This document shows, piece by piece, positions 56,032 to 64,000 of a stretch of DNA of 64,000 bases. The stretch is from an uncultured archaeon (lineage in GTDB: Archaea; Nanobdellota; Nanobdellia; Woesearchaeales; CAIVOO01), in NCBI GenBank assembly GCA_963845175.1, contig CAWJRI010000001.1:6874-70873 (forward strand), given 5' to 3'. The position numbers and the translations under genes are program-made. Under the pieces are notes generated by a model, which searched no databases, was not told the DNA's origin, and saw only the letters and a list, made by a program, of their open reading frames with translations. How positions within the stretch are numbered: the first letter of the stretch is position 1; each line of letters begins with the position of its first letter.

Positions 56032-56496
56032 ATGAATTTCAAATTAAGAGAAACAGACAGGCACTTTCTTATGTCATTGGTCGGTGCAACAGGAATTATT
56101 CTTTTTTGGAGAGGGCTTTGGGGAGGCATAGATTCTTTTACGAATTTTAGCTCTCCTTTTCTGCAAATATTTGCCTCACCCTGGGTCAGCCTATTTTTTG
56201 GGCTTGTAATACTTACATTCACAGGACTAATATTTGCACAGTTTGACCCTTTGGGCGGCATAGAAGGAGGTGTAATGAGCGCTGTTCAGAAGGTTGCAAA
56301 CCATCCGAGGAAACACGAATTTATTATAAAATATTATGATAAGCTGCAGAAAAAAGATGTAGAAATAAGCGCTAAAAACATAAGGCAGATAGAAAAGAAT
56401 ATTCTGTTGATACATGAAAAAGGAAAGGAAGTATTCATCCCTCTGCACAGAGTCAAGTCAATCCATAGATTTGGAAAAACCATTTGGAGGCTGTGA
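56032..56496 (+). CDS. membrane protein with a C-terminal DUF504-like segment
   Basis: Two TM helices, then ...VFIPLHRVKSIHRFGKTIWRL. Confidence 0.4.
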   Translation: MNFKLRETDRHFLMSLVGATGIILFWRGLWGGIDSFTNFSSPFLQIFASPWVSLFFGLVILTFTGLIFAQFDPLGGIEGGVMSAVQKVANHPRKHEFIIKYYDKLQKKDVEISAKNIRQIEKNILLIHEKGKEVFIPLHRVKSIHRFGKTIWRL

Positions 56497-56538
56497 TTTT
56501 TCAAAACTTTTTTAAAGGCATCTATTTTTTCATTCTAA

Positions 56539-57024
56539 ATGCTTAAAGATCAGATAGAAAGCGTAGAGAAGAGCGCAGAGTTCAAGAAAAAGAAGAATCT
56601 CTACCTGGCGCACGTCTTCTTCATGCTTGACGAGCCTAACAAAAATATTGTGCAGGTCGGCTACTGCACGCCTGAGCAGAAAATAGTCACATTTGTTATA
56701 GATGGGAAAAAAATAACAGCAATCCCCGAGGCAATGCCTTACAAGAACCCGAAGGCAAAAATAAAGAAGCTCGAGATTTCAAAAGTAAAAATTGAGCTGG
56801 ATGTGGCATTGGACGCAGCAAAAGCGCTTCAGGAAAAAAAGTATGCTCAGCACAAGCTGTTCAAGCAGATAGTCATTCTGCAGAACATTGATGAGGGGCA
56901 GGTGTGGAACATAACATTTATCACGCAGTCATTCAACACGCTTAACATAAAAATCGATGCAGAGACAGGAAAAGTAGTGAAGGACGAGCTCATATCACTA
57001 GTGGATTTTGACCATTCTTCTTGA
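56539..57024 (+). CDS. hypothetical protein
   Basis: 161-aa ORF with no confident motif. Confidence 0.4.
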   Translation: MLKDQIESVEKSAEFKKKKNLYLAHVFFMLDEPNKNIVQVGYCTPEQKIVTFVIDGKKITAIPEAMPYKNPKAKIKKLEISKVKIELDVALDAAKALQEKKYAQHKLFKQIVILQNIDEGQVWNITFITQSFNTLNIKIDAETGKVVKDELISLVDFDHSS

Positions 57025-57736
57025 AAATCAAATGCAGAATAATTCCTACAGCAGTTAGCACAGCTCCGGCAATAAGAAGCTTCAGGAAAATTGATGTAAA
57101 TGAGCTGAATATTATCTCGGACACATCATTTGGAATTACTCCTATTCTCGTTTTAAAATAATTCAGGAAGAAATAGTTCAAGCCAACAACCATCAGGCAG
57201 ATGCCCGGATTCATCAGTTTCAACCATCTTTTCGAACAGATGATAAGAAGGACCAAGAAGAAAACAGCGCCAATCAGGAGATAGTATGTAAGCTTTAGAT
57301 AATAATCATGGCCTTTTTTTGAAACCAGAAGAAAAAATTTGTCCTGACCTTGTGTCTGGCTGAGGCAGTCCCTGAAATTGCAGCCGTATTCTTTGTAATA
57401 AACACTTTCAAACATAGCAACGCCCACAAGCGAAGGCAGCTCAGACGCATTTGTTTCCTTTATCTTGGCGCAGTCAAGAAATATTGTCTGGTTTTCAAGC
57501 GGAAACTGCACCTTGTCAGCACTTTCGCATTTGATAAGAAGCAATGATTTGATAAGCGCCAGCTGGTTTACACCAACCTTGCTGCTTATCTGCTCTTTTA
57601 CTGTATTTGCAAAGAACGGAGAAAGATTATTGTAATCTGTAAATTTGTAAAGTCCCAGCGGCAGGACAGCAAGCGCTAGAAAAATGCAGAAAAATACACT
57701 GCCAACACCTTTTCCAACGCCTCTAAGCACACTCAT
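56990..57736 (-). CDS. multi-TM membrane protein (last gene of the nrd operon)
   Basis: 248 aa. Its start overlaps the ferredoxin stop by 4 nt. Confidence 0.5.
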   Translation of the reverse strand: MSVLRGVGKGVGSVFFCIFLALAVLPLGLYKFTDYNNLSPFFANTVKEQISSKVGVNQLALIKSLLLIKCESADKVQFPLENQTIFLDCAKIKETNASELPSLVGVAMFESVYYKEYGCNFRDCLSQTQGQDKFFLLVSKKGHDYYLKLTYYLLIGAVFFLVLLIICSKRWLKLMNPGICLMVVGLNYFFLNYFKTRIGVIPNDVSEIIFSSFTSIFLKLLIAGAVLTAVGIILHLIFKKNGQNPLVI

Positions 57737-57945
57737 TTGACGTGGATGCAGTGCACAGGGCAGACAGCTTCCGCTTCCTTGCAGCAGCCGGCGTCTTTCA
57801 GTTCAAGCTCGAAGTTCTCGCCCTTCTGGGTTGCGCCCTTCAGCATTGACTTGCCGTCGTCGCCCATCTCAAAATAATCAGGGCAGACTCCTGTGCATGC
57901 GCCGCAGCCTATGCATTTCTCTCGTTCATGTATTACCTTTGCCAT
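57733..57945 (-). CDS. fdx: 4Fe-4S ferredoxin
   Basis: CIGCGACTGVCP ... CPVHCI. Confidence 0.8.
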   Translation of the reverse strand: MAKVIHEREKCIGCGACTGVCPDYFEMGDDGKSMLKGATQKGENFELELKDAGCCKEAEAVCPVHCIHVK

Positions 57946-58640
57946 TAAGCTCCTCTTATTCTCACATCTTTTATAAATCTTTTCAGAATTTCAGCAAGCT
58001 CCTGCAATTCCTCAAGAGTGTATGATTTTGAATCCCTTAATTTCCTGTCCATGGCGTTGTCCGGCCTGAACCGCTGCAGGCAAACTTTCTTCGCGCCCTT
58101 CAGCATCTGCCCAATTTTTTCAACTGTTTCCCTGTTCACGAATTTAGGCACAGCAGTTATCCTGAATTCATATGGAATTTTTCCGTTCATAAGGAAACTG
58201 GCGCTTTCCTTCAATTTCTTGACGTCAACATCAACATTTGTTATTTTTTTGTAATCCTCAAAAAGCCCCTTTATGTCCATTGCAATGTAATCCACAAGGT
58301 TTTCTTCTGCAAGTTTTTTAATCACGCCGGGAAAAGAGCCGTTTGTGTCAACCTTGACTAAAAACCCAAGCGCCTTTATTTTCCTGCAAAGCTCCGCAGT
58401 CTCAGGGTGCATGCAGGGCTCCCCGCCTGTTATGACAACTGCATCGACAAAATCAGAATGGCTCTTCAGGAATTTTTCTATTTTTTTAAAAGAAATTGTC
58501 TCAAGCGTCTCAGGCTCGAGCACCAGCTTCTGGTTGAAGCAGAAGCCGCACCTGAAGTTGCAGTTAGGCAGGAATACGACAGCGCTTATTTTCCCGTCGT
58601 AGTCTACAAGAGAATTTTCAATAAAGCCCTTAATTTCCAT
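57945..58640 (-). CDS. nrdG: anaerobic ribonucleotide reductase activating protein (radical SAM)
   Basis: CNFRCGFCFN cluster motif and GGEP. Confidence 0.85.
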   Translation of the reverse strand: MEIKGFIENSLVDYDGKISAVVFLPNCNFRCGFCFNQKLVLEPETLETISFKKIEKFLKSHSDFVDAVVITGGEPCMHPETAELCRKIKALGFLVKVDTNGSFPGVIKKLAEENLVDYIAMDIKGLFEDYKKITNVDVDVKKLKESASFLMNGKIPYEFRITAVPKFVNRETVEKIGQMLKGAKKVCLQRFRPDNAMDRKLRDSKSYTLEELQELAEILKRFIKDVRIRGA

Positions 58641-58887
58641 TCTTCAGCACAGCTAAAATCTCTTCTTTTTTCGGCACTTCGCCCCTGAAACCCATAACTT
58701 CATGCTCATCATTCACAATTATTATTGACGGAGTGCTCATCACAGTGTAGAAGCTCGCCTCTGCAAGCCCGTCCCTTTCTTCAACATCAAAGTATTCAAT
58801 TTGGCACTGGTCCTTTAGGCTGTCGCAGAGCGCCTTTGCCAGCGGGCATTTCGGGCAGTTAGCTTTCGTGAACAGTTTTATCTTCAT
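58630..58887 (-). CDS. glutaredoxin/NrdH-like redoxin
   Basis: CPKCP motif in an 85-aa thioredoxin-fold protein. Confidence 0.7.
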   Translation of the reverse strand: MKIKLFTKANCPKCPLAKALCDSLKDQCQIEYFDVEERDGLAEASFYTVMSTPSIIIVNDEHEVMGFRGEVPKKEEILAVLKNGN

Positions 58888-60968
58888 GAGAAAAACCCCT
58901 GATTCCTGTATCTGTCATGCAGTTCAGCTATCTTGCCCTGGTTCCAGCCGCTTGTCTTTGAGAAATAGCCGGTCACCCTTGTAATGCCGTCGACATTTAC
59001 GGAGCCGCAGTAGCTGCATTTTTCCTTTATACCTCTCGCTGTCCTGCCGCAGTCAAGGCAGTTTGTGAACTCGGGGCTGAATGCTATCTGGGAGTTCTGC
59101 GAGTTTTTGAACGCCTTTACGACAAAATTTGCAATGGACTCTGTGCTTGGCCTCGACTCGCCAAGCCAGATGTGCGAGATTGCGCCTGCTTCGATAAGCG
59201 GATGGAACAGCCCTTCATCCTTGACCCTGTCAATCGGGTTTATCGGCTCTGAGATATTAAGCAGCGTCGAATTGGTGTAATAAATGCTGTTGGTGCTTAT
59301 GTCCCCCTTGATGACCTGGCTTGTCTGAAGTGCATAGCTTTTGTAGTCAAGCTTTGCCATCCTGTAGGCAGTTGATTCAGCAGGCGTCTGCTCAAGCACG
59401 AACTTAAGCCCAAACTCATCTTTCAGTTTCTCGCATTCTCTGTTCATGTGCGCTATAACTTTCAAGCCGAACTTCATTGCCTTGACTGACTGGTGAAGCT
59501 CTTCGCCTGTCATGTACTGCACAAGCTCGTTCAGGCCCAGCATTCCAATCAGGAATGTTGCCCTGTTCAGCCTGTAATAAGGCTCGCCGTCCAGTTCCAT
59601 TGCAAGAAGATTAAGCGGACCCCTGCTGCCCATGTTAAGAATAGAGGCAATAAATTTCTTTTTCTGCTGATGCGCTTTTGCAACAAGCTTCATCCTGTCT
59701 GTGATAATCTCAAACATCTTTGTCTCGTCCCTTGATGATTCATAGCCTATCCTTGGGAGGTTTATTGTGACGTTCTGCATCGCGCTGTATCTCATTTTCC
59801 ACGGCTGCTTTGCATCCTCCAGGTCAGACGCCTCCAGCTTGAATGCGAGCCTGCAGCACTCGCTTATCTTTGCAGTGTCGCCCCTGTCCATTACAAAATA
59901 GCTGTTTCCCTTCACAGCCGCGACTTCGCATATCTTGTTCAGAATTTCCTCATTTCCCTCTGTCTTGAAGAATTTGTCTGTGATGTGGATGTCAGGCTTC
60001 GGAAAGAAGAAAGGCCTTCCTGTCTTGTCGCCTTCAAGGTAGACATCCATCAGCGCGCTCATGAACCGCTGCGATTCATCAGTGTAATCAGAGTAGGTGT
60101 TTCCAGTGTAGACTCCGCCGGGACCTATTGCCTTTACATCTGCAAAATGCTTCGGAATCTCCCAGTAAAGGTTTATGTCAGAAAATATTGACTGCCCTCC
60201 CCTTGCAACTGCCTGCTGGGCAAACTCGAAGATAAGGTTCTGTGAAAGCTGCTTCAGCTCATTGTCGCCGATGCCCTTAAGGTATGGCGCGACAAAAATA
60301 TTCAGAGCGTCCCAGCCGATTGCTCCTGCAAAGCTTCCCTGCAGGCAGGCGCTCATCTTGAGCAGATGCCCGAGCAGTACAAAAGGATGTTTTGCAGGTC
60401 CTGCGATTGAGATTGCATTGGGAAGGTTAAGCCCGAATTTCTTGACGTATTCTATTGAGTTGCCTGAGCAGTAGGGCCTGTCAATCATGCCGAGGTCGTG
60501 GAGATGAATCTGGCCCAGCATGTGCGCCTCCGCGACATCCAGCGAGAAAACATTAAGCAGCGCGTACTCCTGCTTTATACCCTCTGCCAGCGTCATGTTC
60601 GTGGCTTCAGGGCCATGCGGGACATTTGCGTTTGCCTTGTTCTGCGCAGTGATTATGTTTTCAACATCATAGACAGGAAATCCCAGCCTCGAGTGCTTTC
60701 TTCTTACGTCTTCAAACCCGTATTCGAAAAGCTTTGCGTTTGTCAGCTCCCTGATTAGTGGGGCAGTGATATTTCTTATCTTTGTATTGGCAATCATGTT
60801 CTCGACTTCTTTGGCAATTATGCTCGCAATCCTCGGGTCTATTGCCGTCTCCCTCACAAGCGCGTCAACAATCCTCTGCGGATCCCACTTCAGGATTCGC
60901 TGGTCAGAAGTCTGTACAAAAAGAATAGAGTCAGTGCTTTCTTTCTTTGTTGTTATCTGTTCCATCAT
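58884..60968 (-). CDS. nrdD: class III anaerobic ribonucleoside-triphosphate reductase
   Basis: C-terminal Zn site CLDCG...CSYCG and the glycyl-radical motif TRVTGYFS. Confidence 0.9.
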   Translation of the reverse strand: MMEQITTKKESTDSILFVQTSDQRILKWDPQRIVDALVRETAIDPRIASIIAKEVENMIANTKIRNITAPLIRELTNAKLFEYGFEDVRRKHSRLGFPVYDVENIITAQNKANANVPHGPEATNMTLAEGIKQEYALLNVFSLDVAEAHMLGQIHLHDLGMIDRPYCSGNSIEYVKKFGLNLPNAISIAGPAKHPFVLLGHLLKMSACLQGSFAGAIGWDALNIFVAPYLKGIGDNELKQLSQNLIFEFAQQAVARGGQSIFSDINLYWEIPKHFADVKAIGPGGVYTGNTYSDYTDESQRFMSALMDVYLEGDKTGRPFFFPKPDIHITDKFFKTEGNEEILNKICEVAAVKGNSYFVMDRGDTAKISECCRLAFKLEASDLEDAKQPWKMRYSAMQNVTINLPRIGYESSRDETKMFEIITDRMKLVAKAHQQKKKFIASILNMGSRGPLNLLAMELDGEPYYRLNRATFLIGMLGLNELVQYMTGEELHQSVKAMKFGLKVIAHMNRECEKLKDEFGLKFVLEQTPAESTAYRMAKLDYKSYALQTSQVIKGDISTNSIYYTNSTLLNISEPINPIDRVKDEGLFHPLIEAGAISHIWLGESRPSTESIANFVVKAFKNSQNSQIAFSPEFTNCLDCGRTARGIKEKCSYCGSVNVDGITRVTGYFSKTSGWNQGKIAELHDRYRNQGFFS

Positions 60969-60985
60969 TTAAACACCTCTTGACT

Positions 60986-61429
60986 TTATTTTTTTAATAA
61001 TTTAATCTCCTGCTCAAATTCCTTGACATTGTCAAATGACCTGCAGACAGATGCAAAGCGCATGTAGGCAACCTCGTCAACCGCCTTCAGCTTTTTCATG
61101 ACCATGTCGCCGATTAAGCTGCTTTTTATCTCCGTGCCTTTCCTTTTTCTTATGCTTGCCTCGATGCAGTCTGCAATCAAATTTATCTTTTCAGCTGTCA
61201 CCGGCCTTTTTTCGCAGGCAAGCATCATTCCCTTGATTAATTTCTCCCTGCTGTAGGGCTCTTTTGCGGCATCGCGCTTCAGCACGCAGATGTCAAGCCA
61301 CTTCACCCTTTCCTGTGTTGTGAACCTTTTTGCGCAGCTCAGGCATTCGCGCCTGCGCCTTATTTCACTCTCAGCGTTTCTCTTGTCAACGACCTTTGTT
61401 TCGCTTTTCCGGCAGTAGGGGCACAGCAT
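60986..61429 (-). CDS. nrdR: NrdR transcriptional repressor (Zn-ribbon plus ATP-cone)
   Basis: MLCPYC...CLSCAKRFTTQERV followed by an ATP-cone. ATG at 61429 is preferred over the track GTG at 61471. Confidence 0.85.
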   Translation of the reverse strand: MLCPYCRKSETKVVDKRNAESEIRRRRECLSCAKRFTTQERVKWLDICVLKRDAAKEPYSREKLIKGMMLACEKRPVTAEKINLIADCIEASIRKRKGTEIKSSLIGDMVMKKLKAVDEVAYMRFASVCRSFDNVKEFEQEIKLLKK

Positions 61430-61435
61430 CTTGGA

Positions 61436-61483
61436 CCACAACATCTTGTGGTTGTTATCATTGAAATACACAAGATATAGTTA
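61436..61483. promoter_or_regulatory. tandem NrdR-box-like palindromes
   Basis: CCACAACATCTTGTGG (61436-61451) and ACACAAGATATAGTTA (61468-61483). They match 12/16 and 13/16 positions of acaCwAtATaTwGtgt, with centres 32 bp apart. Confidence 0.6.
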
Positions 61484-61684
61484 TATTAGATAATTGCAAC
61501 CCCTATTTAAACTTTTATATTTTTTAAACTATGTTGTGCAAAATATATTATATAAAAAGACACCATACAAAAGTAAAAAAAATTTAAATCAACATTGTTT
61601 TTATTATAGTTATAGCATACTCTCTTCAAAATATACTTTTAAGCTTGATGATGCTTAAATACTAACTTGAATTACAGGCAGTAG

Positions 61685-61801
61685 ATGGCGTTAATGACAA
61701 AAAGAGAGGCAGCGGCAGGCAACAAGCCAAAGGACATAAGCTATGAGACAGTCAAGAACAACAAATCTCTTTCTGAGTTTATGGAAAAAGAAGCAGAATA
61801 A
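61685..61801 (+). CDS. possible 38-aa small protein
   Basis: ATG lies 23 nt after CTTAAATA (61654-61661). Lys/Glu-rich. No other support. Confidence 0.2.
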   Translation: MALMTKREAAAGNKPKDISYETVKNNKSLSEFMEKEAE

Positions 61802-61820
61802 ATTACAATAGTGTAAAGAA

Positions 61821-62444
61821 TTAACTTTTGAGTTTTATGTCGACATGAAGCCTTATTTCGTCAAAAACATCATCAGGAGATTGCATTCCGTTCACGTAAA
61901 CAATGTCTTCATTTGGCCAGACACTCCTAACTTTTGAGAAATTTTCCCTGACTTTTTCCAGGAATCCGGTGTCCTCAAACTTTTCTTTTGGCCTTCCTGC
62001 TTTTTCAGCTCTTTTTCTGGCTTCATCAGCTGTTATGTTAATTATTACAGCCAAATCAGGCGCAATTATGCCCCTGTGAGCCTCAATTATCCTTTCCGGC
62101 TCTATTCCCTGCGCAACCTGATAAGCGTAGGTTGAATATTTCCCCCTGTCCTGCAGGATTATGTGCTTGCTTTCGTAGGCAGGCATGATAACCCTTTTGA
62201 TGTGGTCTATCCTGTCCCTGACATAGAGGTCAAAGCATTTCTCCGCACCCTTGTACGGGTCTTTTTCCTCTGCAAGAATTTTTCTTATATCTGCTCCGTA
62301 AACGCCGTAGGTCGGCTCCCTTGTAATCGCCAGCGTGTTTCTCTTGTCTTTGCCAAAAATATACTCTGCCAGCTTGAAAAGCTGCGTTCCCTTTCCGCAG
62401 AAATCAATTCCGTCGAGGACAATGTATTTTGATTGAGGGTTCAT
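61821..62444 (-). CDS. tmk: thymidylate kinase
   Basis: LDGIDFCGKGTQ P-loop and DRGKYSTYAYQ. ATG at 62444 overlaps the thyX-like stop by 4 nt. Confidence 0.8.
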   Translation of the reverse strand: MNPQSKYIVLDGIDFCGKGTQLFKLAEYIFGKDKRNTLAITREPTYGVYGADIRKILAEEKDPYKGAEKCFDLYVRDRIDHIKRVIMPAYESKHIILQDRGKYSTYAYQVAQGIEPERIIEAHRGIIAPDLAVIINITADEARKRAEKAGRPKEKFEDTGFLEKVRENFSKVRSVWPNEDIVYVNGMQSPDDVFDEIRLHVDIKLKS

Positions 62445-63802
62445 TCTGCTTTTATTTTTTCGCAACGTCCGCACGGCTTTCTTTCAGGGCATTTGCCGTA
62501 AGTTATACCCTGCGGTTGCGTGTACTTTCCAAGAACAGGGTTATCCTGTTGGATTAGATGCGCCATTTGTTTGGCGATGCCCCTTATTTCCCACTGCGCT
62601 TCATTGCATGTTCTCTTTCCTATTGAATGAATGCCGTTCCATCCATCCACATGTATTAAGTCGTAAACAGCCAATGCGTGGGGCAATATTCCAATTGCTT
62701 CTTGGACTGGGACATTTGCTTTTGCCATATTGCCATAGAGAGAAACGGATTTTATATTGAACTGCATGAACTTATGCAGGCATTCGCTGTCTTTGCTTAT
62801 GCTTGGAGCGACTCTGAAATGCGCTCTTTTAGCGGCATTGTAAATAGGCTCAACGCTCTGATGCCATGTTCTCTGCCTTGTTGCCTGATGGAAGCAGGAC
62901 AGGCTCATTTCCGCCAAAAATTCGTAATGTACATGCTTCAGGTTTGCAAGCTCTGCTTCGTCCCTGCCTTTGACAGCTTTTTCAATCCCTTCTTCGGTGA
63001 TTGGGATTCCTGAACTTGAAAGAATAGACACATAATCGTTGCCGTATTTGCCTATCAAGTCAGCCAGCGTTTTATTCTTCATTGCGAAGAGCTGCGAACT
63101 TGGGCGCCAGGCAAGCACTTCGTAGTTGGTGCCTCTTTCCTTAAACAGCCTTGGAGCAACTTCAGTTAACTTTGAAACCATGTCGTCAACTGTTTCCCTG
63201 ATAATTGAAGGCATGTAGTCATGCCTGCTCATGCTGTGCAGGTGCATCAGTTCCCTGGAGTCGCCGACTGTCTGGATGTTTGTTCTTGTAAACAAAGACA
63301 GGATATTTCTTGCGTCTTCCCCGGGAATGCCTTTTTGCATAAGCTCTTCATAAAGCGCAAAGCCCTCATTAAGCAAATCATTTACCTCATTAAAAAAACG
63401 GGATTCTATAATTGCTTTAGGAAGATAAAAGCCGCGGTCAGCCTTCGCCCTTCTCAATGACTGCTGCAGATGATCAAGATATTCAGGCAGGCAAAGCTGC
63501 AATGTAACCATTCTTGGGATGTCTTCGATTACAAATGCGAATCTGCTCTGGTCCAGCACAGAGCCATGGCCCCTGCCAGATGTTTCCCTGAGAATTTTTT
63601 CCTTTTTATTTGCAAAATCCTCTTCAGATAATTTTCCTTTGTCTTCAAGAAATAAATCCAATGATGTCTTTTCTTCAAAACAGCTAAGTGCACCATAAAC
63701 AGAAAGTTCTTCTGGACCCAGCCCCTTAATATCAGGCGATTCCAAAACTCCAACTAATTTGACAATTGGTTTTATTGCAACATCTTTTATCATATCAAAC
63801 AC
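62441..63802 (-). CDS. thyX: ThyX (Thy1)-family flavin-dependent thymidylate synthase-like protein, double length
   Basis: GHGSVLDQSRFAFVIEDIPRMVTLQL...QQSLRR resembles the ThyX core. A second ThyX-like segment has QATRQRTWHQS. The C-terminus has CPERKPCGRC. Confidence 0.55.
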   Translation of the reverse strand: MFDMIKDVAIKPIVKLVGVLESPDIKGLGPEELSVYGALSCFEEKTSLDLFLEDKGKLSEEDFANKKEKILRETSGRGHGSVLDQSRFAFVIEDIPRMVTLQLCLPEYLDHLQQSLRRAKADRGFYLPKAIIESRFFNEVNDLLNEGFALYEELMQKGIPGEDARNILSLFTRTNIQTVGDSRELMHLHSMSRHDYMPSIIRETVDDMVSKLTEVAPRLFKERGTNYEVLAWRPSSQLFAMKNKTLADLIGKYGNDYVSILSSSGIPITEEGIEKAVKGRDEAELANLKHVHYEFLAEMSLSCFHQATRQRTWHQSVEPIYNAAKRAHFRVAPSISKDSECLHKFMQFNIKSVSLYGNMAKANVPVQEAIGILPHALAVYDLIHVDGWNGIHSIGKRTCNEAQWEIRGIAKQMAHLIQQDNPVLGKYTQPQGITYGKCPERKPCGRCEKIKAE

Positions 63803-63929
63803 CCCCTGTTTTGCATTGGAATTTTAATTAGAGATATTTAAGCATTTATATCTTTTAGAATATATTACTATTTGAGAATGGTAAAGTATATATATTTGGG
63901 AGCATATTTAGTCTTAATTTGGGGGTAAA

Positions 63930-64000
63930 ATGATAATAGGGTTAACAGGCACACTCAGCTCCGGCAAAGGAACTATCGCGGAATTTCTGAAGAAGAAAGG
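63930..64000 (+). CDS. P-loop nucleotide kinase (CoaE/dNMP-kinase-like), 3'-truncated by the window edge
   Basis: MIIGLTGTLSSGKGT. GGGGGT Shine-Dalgarno element upstream. Confidence 0.5.
   Translation, partial: MIIGLTGTLSSGKGTIAEFLKKK

Noticed and set aside
61527-61542. A third NrdR-box-like sequence (AAACTATGTTGTGCAA).
   Set aside because: It matches only about 9 of 16 consensus positions and is not phased with the other two boxes.
61641-61656. A UGAUGA C-box-like string (AAGCTTGATGATGCTT) in the long AT-rich spacer.
   Set aside because: The nearest CUGA is about 125 nt downstream, so there is no C/D sRNA geometry. This is probably just a short hairpin.

Overview
This 64-kb window reads as a small-genome, DPANN-like archaeal contig. 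Evidence: archaeal/eukaryotic-type ribosomal protein uS15, an XPD helicase, a RecJ/GAN-like DHH nuclease, THUMP Trm11-type and Taw1 tRNA-modification enzymes, and a tRNA-Gln(UUG) with A1-U72. TTTAAATA-type TATA boxes sit about 18-28 nt upstream of several start codons, and at least seven secreted proteins carry lipobox-like signal peptides. Coding density is high.

Main blocks:
- 1-5.6 kb: a compositionally distinct, virus-like block of membrane-protein genes plus a P-loop NTPase, full of frameshifts and one in-frame TAG.
- 5.7-8.6 kb: a thioredoxin-CcdA fusion and a Fur/Zur-ZIP zinc module with a Fur-box palindrome.
- 9-21 kb: endonuclease V, orphan genes, frameshifted XPD, RecJ-like, uS15 and a Nudix/NDT-like operon.
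- 21-28 kb: Cys-rich secreted proteins, tRNA-Gln, a PfkB kinase, a very AT-rich two-gene island and a class I aldolase.
- 28-37 kb: methyltransferases, a decayed HD hydrolase, a ~410-bp tandem duplication and a MoxR-vWA pair.
- 37.2-51.7 kb: a co-directional cluster. In order it encodes a lipoprotein, a receiver-only response regulator, a PAS histidine kinase, a second lipoprotein, a 1361-aa beta-helix surface protein, an 89-aa coupled gene preceded by three palindromic sites, and a 2185-aa subtilase/LamG/Ig-repeat protein with a C-terminal TM helix and cytoplasmic tail.
- 52-57 kb: housekeeping genes.
- 57-64 kb: a deoxynucleotide supercluster. It holds nrdR with tandem NrdR-box-like palindromes, nrdD, a glutaredoxin-like gene, nrdG and a ferredoxin, then thyX-like, tmk and a P-loop kinase.

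No CRISPR array, rRNA or reverse transcriptase was seen. All functional calls come from motif reading by eye, with no database search. Coordinates of small sites were checked against ORF-track anchors.
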